From Pecten maximus (taxonomy: Eukaryota), in the NCBI RefSeq assembly GCF_902652985.1, contig NC_047019.1:12276001-12340000 (forward strand): a stretch of 64,000 bases of DNA. Reading direction: 5' to 3'. The position numbers and the translations under genes are program-made. Shown here in pieces: positions 28,252 through 39,056 of the stretch. Below the pieces are notes generated by a model. It saw only the letters and a program-made list of their open reading frames with translations, did not search any database and was not told the origin of the DNA. Every line of letters starts with the position of its first letter. Positions within the stretch are counted from its first letter, which is position 1.

Positions 28252-30272
28252 CTAAGATCAACGTGATGAGAAACCATGTGTTCCTTTATCTAGTTCGTAC
28301 TAGTTGTACCGGAAAGAGCCTGCTGCACTCCAAATGGAACGTGGCGCCATCTTGGAAATTCAGTTGCAATATAATTTCGTTCTATTAAATGGTACAAAGG
28401 ACCAATCGACAAAGGAAAATGATTAAGTAGAAACCAGGAGAAAGTGGAAATGTGAATTTACGACACACAACTGAATTGCAAATTTAAATTTACTAGATAC
28501 CATATATGACAAAAAAAATTATCTGAAACTATCTTATACAGCTGTTTCATTATTCTAGGACTCGTCAGTGATGTAAGAAGCCAAAATAAAACGTTTTGGA
28601 TTTATAATTTTTAAAACATATTTCATTTTTTAAATAAAACGTTATGGACTTTCAATTATTATTATTTTTTTTTTTTTAAATTAACATTCCATCTAAATGA
28701 TGCAATACATGTATTAAACTTCACGTTGACGTTACGGTCGACTTATTTTCCAATGACAGTCAGTAATCTTTTGACGTAATAATACTTAAGAAATATAAGA
28801 AGAATAAAAACTGAAATGATATCTTCTTATTTCTTGAATATACAAAACATACCGTTTTTCCTGGTACTGCTGCTTCCTCTGCTTATTGAGACAGGACAGC
28901 CCAAAGTCCAAATCCCCAAGGAGTTCCGTAAGTCACTATTGATAAATTGTGAATTATTTGATGTGTTTACATTATAATGAAAGTCTATCGCTCAAAACTG
29001 CCACAAAAATATAACAGATTAAATAGAAACGCATTGCAAAATAACAATACTATCGGACAAAATAGAAACAGGACAGTCCTGTTGAACTGCACAAAAGACT
29101 CCGAAGAATTAAACGGCCTGCCGGTGCATCAATTATTTTGACCGAAGTCCCCATCAAGTCAATCTGTCTTTGGATTCTGGTGAACACAAGAAGCCATTTG
29201 TGGCATCTCATTACTCCTTGGCCATTTGTATTGTTGTTTAAATTTTACAATACTGAGAATGTTGTGGAAAATACTTGATAGGCTCAACAATTAGAAATAG
29301 AAACTTGTTCATTACATACATATTCATAGTTTTCTTGACTTGTATTAAAGAAATGATGGTATAACCGTGTAATTTGTTTAAGTTTTATTAAAACATCATA
29401 TAAGTGTTTTGTCAATAACTACATCCATTCTCCCTCTTTCGTGATAACTTGTTACCGTCACCTTGGCTGAATGACTGTATCCAGTTTGTGGTAATGTTGT
29501 AAAATGTCGTTTACGCCTCTCTTGGCAATGCATCAACACATTCCTCTTTCATTACATACTTTTGTGCTGTCTTAACTAGTTTTCGGTCAAACACCTAATG
29601 AATATAAACGTTCAACACACTTTAAAGAAAACACCTGAGAAGGTTTTCCCCCAGATATTCTAGACAACGGGATCATATTTGATAAATGACATTTGCAACC
29701 TCTTCAATTAGTCCCCCACTGAATGAAATTATATTTATATGTTAAGAATGTTAACAAACTTCTGCTACATGACACCTACATCGCCCCATTAGTAAGAAGT
29801 TCCGGTGTCGTCAGATGTAACAGGTCAAAATCATTTTACAATTATTTACGCACGCGCAATGGCACTGGTTCTAGTAAAAACGTAAATATGCTCTGCGCAA
29901 CAGTATAATAAACATTTGAAATGTTGGCAGTATTATTCTCTTCTGAAAATGTGAATCATTAAGATGTGTCCAAAAAAGACCTGTGATGTTTATAATTGTT
30001 TAGGTAGAGCTGGCTTTATCACATACCTGGCTTAGTTCCATCATGTCATAAATATCGTAAGACACGTGTGTAATAACACTTATGTGACATCACAAATACT
30101 TAATTATGTCTCAGAGAACAAGTGACATCACATGTTTGTGTTTTATGGTCCATCGACAGCTAGGGTCATTTAGGGCCAAAAAATAGACCATGTTATGATA
30201 TTTGAGTTTAAATTCAGATAGAAATGTTCATCTTTAAAAGCATTTGTATTGTATATTCAGATCTTTAAAATA

Positions 30273-31075
30273 AACAAAAGCTCCGCAACAGAGACATATG
30301 ATGCGCCCGTCACTAGAAAAGCTACTACCTCAAGGAAAATGAAGTGTCGTTGACGGGCATATGAAAACTCCTGATATATGTTGAACAAAATTGCGTCTTG
30401 TTTAAGAGAACAAAATGAATAAAATAATTAATAAAAAAATAATAAAAAATAATTAATAAAAAAATAATAAAAAATAATTAATAAAAAATAGAAAACATCT
30501 TGCATTTTCTACAATATGGCATAATGCTGGTAAAAATATGATCACAAAATTCCGTAACACGAACTCGTTTGAGCTATTGTGGTAAAGAATATTTGTAGCT
30601 AGTTACATAAAAATCTGTTGATAAATAAAGGTAAGAGAGTGCTAACAAAGAATTGTTAATGAATTACCTTTACCTGAGCAAATATACAAAGCCGTTATTC
30701 CAATAGTTGAAACACGAGTCAAAAACCTGTAATGTATATTAAACATAATTGCTTCTAGTTTTATTGTTCAAAATCTTAAGAGGAATTGAATAACAAATAG
30801 AAAACTTCTTGCTTTTTCTACACAATGTCCATATTTGGCAATAAAAGGGATATGACTCTGTTAAAATTATTCGCAAAATTCTTTATCACAAACTCGCTTG
30901 AGCTACATATATGTGCCATAGAACATTTGTAGCAAGTTTCATAAAAACCCCTTGATAAATAAAGACTAGAAAGTGCTAATTAACAAGGATGAGTTATATA
31001 TAATTAACGGACAGACTTACGTACAGCGCAGGGTATGCCATAATACAAACTTTTGTTGATGGGCGTATAAAAAAG
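30273..31075 (-). mobile_element. Non-autonomous Helentron/HINE-like element
   Basis: Starts 'aacaaaagctcc...gatgcgcccg' and ends 'acggacagac...ccataatac...gggcgtataaaaa'. Internal duplicated block at 30490-30650 vs 30795-30990. Confidence 0.55.
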
Positions 31076-32439
31076 GGGATTAAATAATAAAATAAAATGA
31101 ATAGAGAAAAACGAACACTGTAGTATAGAAATAAATTTTGAAATTCATGAATAAAAGTTATGTGATAGACAGAATCTTACACTAGCTGCTATGTTATAGT
31201 TTGAATTTATCTACAATTCGTTACATAATTTTATATTCCACAAGCCTTTATTTAAGTTGTTTCATAAATTCCATATTACATTCCAATTCATTAAAACCCT
31301 CTGTTAAATTTGATTGGTTTTTATGTATAAAACAACACCAGGTAGGAGTGAAGTTTACTAGGGGTATCTCTTACATATCTAGTGTATGAGGAGGAGAGGC
31401 GAGGAGATGGAGGAGTCTTAGCTCAATGAGGAAGATTCAAAAGTTGTTAATGGGACACTTATACTATCTGTCAATTATTTTTCTGTTCCTTAGATCCTAA
31501 TATTGCATTTGTCTCCGATGGTTGAGTTATCTCCCATTCTTCCAACATGGTAAGAAATCGTATCTTGCATATTACTGTTCCCTGTATGTATATTTACGCT
31601 ATTCAAAATAAAATGTGACCAATATTGTTGATATTAATAAAGATCTGATTAAACAGTACAACATAAGTCTGTAAAATTGAATCTCATCTCTTTATTCTTG
31701 CTCCAAAGTTAATATCCTGAAAATAACATTAAATTATTAAACTCTTTGCAATATTTAAACAATACTCTTCATGTATATATGCTCCTTTCAGATATATCAT
31801 AATTGTTTTACATGAGTCGGAGACAGTTTCAGTGGACTAACAAACAACAGATGTCTCACATTTGTTGTCATGACAACCAGTTTACCTCCACGCGAAATAT
31901 GTCTTCATGTAATAAATATTGTACTTTCACATTTCACATAGTTACTATCATGCGAGTCTGAGTTTGTCTTAATCCAACATTGAAAAATTCACTGTGATAT
32001 ACATAAAAATTCAGCAAATGCGAAACATATCTAGATACATGTTCATGTGAAGATAATAAAATTTTCCAGACTTTTTCTGTTGTTAAGTTCCAGATATCTG
32101 ATATTGATGTAATATAGCTCTAATTCATCAAATCAACTACCAACACAAGCTGAGTCAGAGACACAGAAACGCAGTCACAGACATGTACAATTTGCATCCA
32201 AAATCTAAAATAAATCTTTTTCCAGAAATTTCAGTGGTGGTATTCTTGCAAACTGCCATTAATGGTCTCAACTCACAACATCTGAAACATTTGACCATTT
32301 CCATGGCAGACATTTGGAGGAGAGCTGTGATTGCATGTTGCAGCTTCACAGGCAGACAGAGATGTACAGACAAATGTCTGCAGCTTTGCACCTCTTCTTG
32401 GCTGAACCGATACACGACTTATCACTTAGACATGATTTG

Positions 32440-35400
32440 CTATGTCTCGGCTTTGGTTGGTGTAGAATCGGTGTTATTGATAGCTTCATCAGGCATGACA
32501 CATTTCCACAAGCCGTAAGTCTTTCCAACTGTTGTCTGCCATAGTCTTAATGTTCCATCTTCACTTCCACTGGCGTACAGCTCACCGTCAGGAGAGAACC
32601 GTACGCAGTGCACTGGTCCAAAATGTCCTTTGAACGATTCTGTAATGATAGAGAACAGGAGTTATCTTCTACTCTGCTTAACATCAAGGAAAACTGCAGT
32701 AATCCAGTTTAAATTGCTTGATTGGGATTGTATTTGAGGTGGAAAATATTTTCTAATAGTAACAATACATTTTACGTAACAATGCTTTTATATTTACTAT
32801 AATTTTCTGGTATTAAGCCAATTAAGCTAACACATAAACTTTGACTTATTTTTAACTAGTCAGTCTAGAAACTTTCTAGCAATGAGATGACCATGAAGTC
32901 ATTCTCAGCTGCTTAAATAGTTTTAACTATAATAAATTTAAAGTCTGATTTGGCACAATACTTTATTTCAATAATAGGCTATGGTCTCTCTTTGAATATA
33001 CATAATTGTTGAAAAGCACCTACTCCAAGAGTTTAAAACATTAAAGGGACTCCCCAAATTATCCATAACGGAACGAACAAAACCACATACTAAATTCTAA
33101 TCCACAGGTTTTCCTTATCATAAGCAGAATCCCCTATATTGACAAAACATCAAGTACTTTTAACAGAATTAGTCCACAGAGCATGACTTCCTACTTAATC
33201 TTTGCAATAACTATCCCAACTTTGCACAAAACGTTACGTGAAGGTGCCCGACAGATCAGAAGAAAATACAGACAAGACTTGTCATATATAAACAACATAC
33301 TTACATAGCCTGTGGAGTGGGTTGAAATTCAGAATAAATTATTTAAATGTAGGTTAAAGGTCATGGTCATATCAATTAACTGTGGAATAATTCTGTTTAG
33401 TACTTATACTTAACATGTTTTTCTAACACAGGCCCCTAAAGGGAGGTAATTTAGCCAATTTGGAGAGGAGTTTATAGCTTTTGTGTGAATTTGATATGAT
33501 AATGTACGAAAAGAAGAATCTATTACTTAGATGTGCCTGAGATTTTTTTTTTATATCTTAGGCAGATATTCTTTAACTGGCATTCTTGGCTTTGCCTCAA
33601 ACATGATTCAGTGACCTTATATCAGCCCTCAGCTAAGATACATATATCTTGAACACATACAAGTAATAGATTTTGTTATTCTGTATGGGTGAAAAGACAT
33701 ACCAAGCTCTTCTCCTGTCTCATAGTCAAACTTATACATTTTGAAGTCCTCTCCGCCTGCCACAAACACTTTCCTGGATGAGTGAAGTGAGGCAGAATTG
33801 ATCTGGGTTGGGGCCTCAAACTCCTTTATTTTCTCCAACCTGTAAGACCAGAAAATTCACTTAAGAAAGAGTTATCAATTTCATCTCCACAACAATAAAC
33901 TGTAGCAAATTTTGTTTAGATACTGTCGAGAATTACGGACATTTTAAGTATATAAAAATTGGCGCTATATATTTGTTGTGATTACATGACGTCACATTCT
34001 CTATGACGTCATTACGTTGTAGGTTTTGCTCATATTAAATTGAATTGTCAAACGGAAAAGACGTTCTTTTTATTATCATTTATCTGGTTAATTCAGTATT
34101 AACAAACCACAATACAGATACAGGTCGAAATAAGAGTGGAAAACCAACAGAGGTATATCATCTTTCTACAGAAATGTAGACAGCATACCAATGATGATAA
34201 CCATTTATCAGACAAATAATCTTGGGTTTATTATGGTGGTAGGCAGTGTTCCAGCTAGGTCGGGTTAGCAGGGCGCGGCGCCCTGCCCCTAATTCAAAGT
34301 TAGAAATGCGCCCCGCCCCTTTTCCTGTAGTACTGCCCTTTTTCTAAGTGTCATTGATGCTCATTTTGCCTCGTATACTCTAGATCCGATTTGCTGAAGC
34401 CATGCAATATACAGTCAGCCAGTCAGTCACTAATTGGCCACCTGTAACACCAGTCCCCTTACCTGTAGACCTTTATCCACGGTACTGATGGACGCTGCCC
34501 GAGGCAGAGATCGGTCAGCTGGGGATCGAGCTGGTGTTTTATAGATTCATTTAACCGTGACGAGTCGATAGGATCGGTTGGTAATCCAATTAAATCATGA
34601 TCACGAAGGCTTTTTGAAGATGGACAAAGTAATGATAATGGATGGAAATGTTGTTTTACTTATGTAAACAACTTTTGACAAGACCGAAAAGAGCCGCACG
34701 TTTGTCGTAAAGTTATCCCATGAGCACGTGTGCAATTGGCGATCGATCTATATATCTTTGAAATTTTCTTCACATGACAACACGAAATCCTTCTGGTTTA
34801 AACCAAGCAACTTTTAAGTAAATGATCATGAGATCACTTTCCAGTGATTTTCCAGTGATCAAAATTAGCTTTCGGTTAATTTTATTTGATGAAGTTTGGC
34901 GGGACGCCGGAAATGGTTCGTTGTAAATGCAGATGTCGCAAATTTCTTGTTGGATTGACGGATTTCTATACAAAATGTTTATTTTTCATCAATAAATAAA
35001 GGACACATAAAAATATCTGCTTATGTGAATAATAGTTGCAAAAGTTTAGTTTATATTTTGTTATTTTCGTATCTGAAATGCCGACTCTGCATTAACTGCG
35101 GGTCATGTGATAGCCAAGTGAACACGGGGACCGTTTGTTTACGAGAGCAACGGAACAAATGTTTGATCAGAAACTTGCGAATCATGATCGGCCCTTATTC
35201 GTTTACCATTTCTTATAATTAATTCAAGAAAATGTTAACTTGCTATAAATTCCTGATTTTAGTTTACCGTTATTTCTAAAAAGTCTAAAGTGAAAGTAGA
35301 AATTTACCGCCGCTTACAAGATACATCGCAGTTATTTGGACGAAGTTTATTAAGATATTAAATAATATAATTTCTTTTACTTAATCATTTTTTTCTCGTA

Positions 35401-38400
35401 TATGCTTGATCACCTTTTCTCTTTTGCTCTATAATATCTTCACCTACAATTAGTCGTCTTACAATCACAACGGACAGACTAACTTCTGGTTGAAAATATC
35501 GCTCTGTTGACTATAATCTGATAGTAACTTTTTGATTGGACGTAATTATCGTATATATGGATTCTCTCAATACACCCTTAAATTGAAATAATGCTAATAT
35601 CATTTTATTTTTGAATTACTCTAGGTCATAACTTTTACCATCAAAATTTAAAACAATATTTGAAGAATAAAGAGAAGAAAGAAGACATTTTTACACACAA
35701 ACAAAATAATAAAAAAAAAATCAACAGATTTCTATTTGTCTCTATGAATCAGGTCATATGTAATGCATGGATGTACTTAAATTGTCCTGTAAAATAAGGT
35801 AGAAGATAGATAGGCCCGGAAAAAATGTCGCGCACAAAAATGCCCTTTTTTTAGGCAGCGCCCTGCCCTTTTCAAATCCTAGCTGGAACACTGGTAGACA
35901 TATATGGAAGTGGTTAATCTGTGTAGTAACATCATTAACATCAAAATATTAAAATACATTCATACTTATCAACCTATAGAAAATGTTTAAAATCATCTTA
36001 AGATACTGAAATGTTCAGAAACTAAATTCTTGATTGAATGTGACCCCAAACCTGTTTTACATGTTATTGAAGTACATTCTTTGAAAGTTTTGTAAATAAT
36101 TGGAAGGGTTGTCTCCCCTATTTGATCAATATTGATGGAAGTGATCTTACGTTTCTGCATTGTAGAAACTGGTAAAGTTTCCCTGAGTGATAAGAAGCAG
36201 CATTTGGTCATCTGACAATTCCAAACTATTGGGAATTGATGGGAACTCCAGCCTTTTTATCTCTTCGCCACTTGAGGCATCCCACAACCTGCCAGAGTAA
36301 AACATAAAGATTTACTTCTTAAGTGCATGAAAGACAGTAGGTATCTTTCAATACAAATTAATGTGATGTCGGTTTAAGTATCTTGTCAGTGAAACCGAGG
36401 GGACTATAGATTCATCCGTCTTTTATGTACTGTATGTACATAAATGACAAAGTTTTTATGTGCTCTAGCAGCTTCCTTGAGAGATTTTGATTTAACTTCA
36501 CGTGATGATAAAGGACCATATCTCAGCCAAGATTGAGTTTCTGAGTTTTTGGATAAATTTAAAGGTCAAGATCACTGTTTCGATTTTCAGCGGGGACATA
36601 TATTGCTTTAGCAATACCCAATATGCTTGTTATTATTGTTATACAAAACAATATCCAACCTAATTATATAATGTAAATCATAATGATTATATTCTATACA
36701 TACCTGACAGTTTTGTCATCAGAGGCGCTGAGAACCTGAGTGTTACATTTAGTAAATATGGCTGTCCTTATATTGGAAGTGTGCCCATTTAAACAAACTT
36801 TGGCATCTGAAAGTACAAAAGAAATGATATAAAGCACAAGCATGCATGGCATTACACTTGTCAGTCAATGATGAAAGTAACCACTTGCAATTGACAGTCA
36901 GTATATATGAGGAGACACAATATATTGGCATAATTTTAATACACTACCGAAATTTTGAAGGTATGTATTTCAATAATAAGAAATTTACCCACAGTATGTC
37001 CTATTGAAAAACACATTTAATTGTTTCTTTTTCTTTTATAAAATTTTATCAGTCTGGAGAAATTGCAAATAAAATATCTAAAAGTGGAAGAGTAGAGCTT
37101 TGTTTAGGAAAACAACACTATAAATCATGTTATAATTATTTTAATGTTACCAGCTTCTGGTCTCTGCAGATCGAAAATCCTCAGCATTTTCTCATTACTA
37201 CCAGTTAGTAGTAGATTACTGTCAGTTGAGAAGTCAACACTCTTGACAATATGTTTGTGGGCAAACGTATGAAGTTCTTCTCCGCTGAGGGCATCCCAAA
37301 GTTTCCTGTAAAGCAAGGACATTCTCAGGACATGACATTTAGAGATGTATACAGCGTATTCACTGCTTCTCACCAAAATGTATAAAATGGCACCCACATT
37401 ATAAATATCTGTAATTAACACTACCAAATGACAAATAATAACAGCATCCTACAAGTTTGTCTAAGGTGTAGCATATTTAAATATGTATGATAAAAGTATA
37501 TATTACAACAGGTACAGTGAAAACTGATTTTACCAAAGTCACTGTGGGACCGAGGCTTTTCATTCTGTTTAGGCAACTAAAAGTTTTGTTTGTCAATTAT
37601 TTTTTAGTCAGTAAATCATTAGGTCATTCCAAGAACAAATGTGTATTCTTTCTAGTCCTAGAATACGGTATGATATTATCAAACAGACCTCCCTATAAAT
37701 GCTTTAATAAAGCATTTTACTGAATGATAAATAATTGAGTAAATAGTTCATTGTCTCTGATACATGCTGCTTGTCTAGCAATTTTGAAGAAACGAAAAGT
37801 GATGCACATGGTTTCAACAATTACAAAGAGATGTCTGTATTCCCCTTAAGAAATATTTACGCTGAAAAATCTGCTGCTCCAGTAGCTACTTTGGTAGCTT
37901 CTCGGTTAAGTGTCGCACCCCATACAGCTCCTTTATGGCCTTCAAATGTTCCAATCCAATCTCCAGTGTCACCCTGACGAAGCATTGGCTTGCCATCTAG
38001 GAGTAAAACAAAACAACAACAAAAAAACACGGAATTAACACCAATCTTTTTTTTGTTTAGCTCGACTACTGCAATAACAAACAAATAAGAAGTCTATTAA
38101 TGATTTACTTTTCATTCCATTGAAGCAATACTGATGAAATCATAAAAAAAACAGGTTTTCACTTTAATAAATTGGCCATATCACTTGCAGAACCTTACAT
38201 TATATTTTATCATAAAAACCCTTTGGTTTCTTGACTAGATATTAACATTGATTTTAATACTTGATACTTTGATAAATTTCCGAGTTCTACAAATTGTGGA
38301 TATTTTGAACTCATTTTTGCTCCATATCTAAAACAGAAATTGCTGGTAATATTATTGTTTGAATGAGATACAATGTATACTGTAGATCTAGAGCCTACTT

Positions 38401-38788
38401 ATGTTCAACCAGAGACTTGTATATACAAGTCTCTGGTTCAACAGTTCAAGGGATATCAGCCGTCTTAATAATACAACACACAATGTATTTCAATAAAAAT
38501 ACCAGTTGTGGTATATATGTTACATACATTAACGCTAAACTTGAAAATTTACAGATCCGAGATCATTATACATATGGCAAGCAAAATAGGTGCTGAAACG
38601 GCAACTTTGATATGACCATATTGTCACTGAATTGTTAGTCAAATAACCCAGCGAACGACTCCAGAATATTCACCTTTACATGCACTGACGAGAAAATAAC
38701 CAAAAGGAGTTGATTCACTGAAAGCAAGATCAGTAACAGGCCTTGTGTGACCACTGCAAGTCAGAGGTGTTTGTCGCATGCCCGTCAT
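32440..38788 (-). CDS. STRAP: Serine-threonine kinase receptor-associated protein (STRAP/Unrip), WD40 repeat protein, 7 exons, 327 aa
   Basis: Exons (minus) 38788-38674, 37996-37861, 37305-37151, 36806-36704, 36288-36151, 33839-33703, 32639-32440; GT-AG, 984 nt in frame. Translation [24 protein letters not shown]...[31 protein letters not shown]...[10 protein letters not shown]...[11 protein letters not shown]...[44 protein letters not shown] matches STRAP. Confidence 0.97.
34244..35893. mobile_element. Non-autonomous TIR DNA transposon (1.65 kb) in STRAP intron 5
   Basis: Perfect 16-bp TIR CAGTGTTCCAGCTAGG / CCTAGCTGGAACACTG; subterminal GCGCCCTGCCC motifs at both ends; flanks GTAGG / GTAGA; no transposase ORF. 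Confidence 0.85.
36380..36632 (+). mobile_element. Short HINE/Helentron-like element (related copy at 45145-45395)
   Basis: Shares 'gactata...gtgctctagc...gataaaggaccata...tcaag.tcactgtt...ttttagcgggg' with 45145-45395 and ends 'gcttgtt'. Confidence 0.55.
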
Positions 38789-39056
38789 TGTGGCAACTTC
38801 CTAATTTCTTTGGCGTTTTGCATTCGTCAGAGGAAAAGCTAGAGGCATTCCGCATAACCGGAAATAGATATTTCGGATCATGCAAATACGAAAAATCGCG
38901 AGGGGATTCTAATGAAGGAAGTTCATATTGCGCATAATCAGAAGATGGCGGCAAATTTTAGGAGTTGTAGCATTCTGACAGCGTAAGAAGTTACCGTAAA
39001 AAATGATCTGAAATTGAACTATTGATTATACATACTTTGAACCGACGCCAGAGACA
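38789..39056. promoter_or_regulatory. Putative bidirectional promoter between STRAP and CASP8AP2-like
   Basis: 268 bp between divergent start codons. CpG-enriched; ETS-type ACCGGAAAT (38857-38865), TCGCGA (38896-38901), YY1-type AAGATGGCGGC (38942-38952). Confidence 0.75.
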
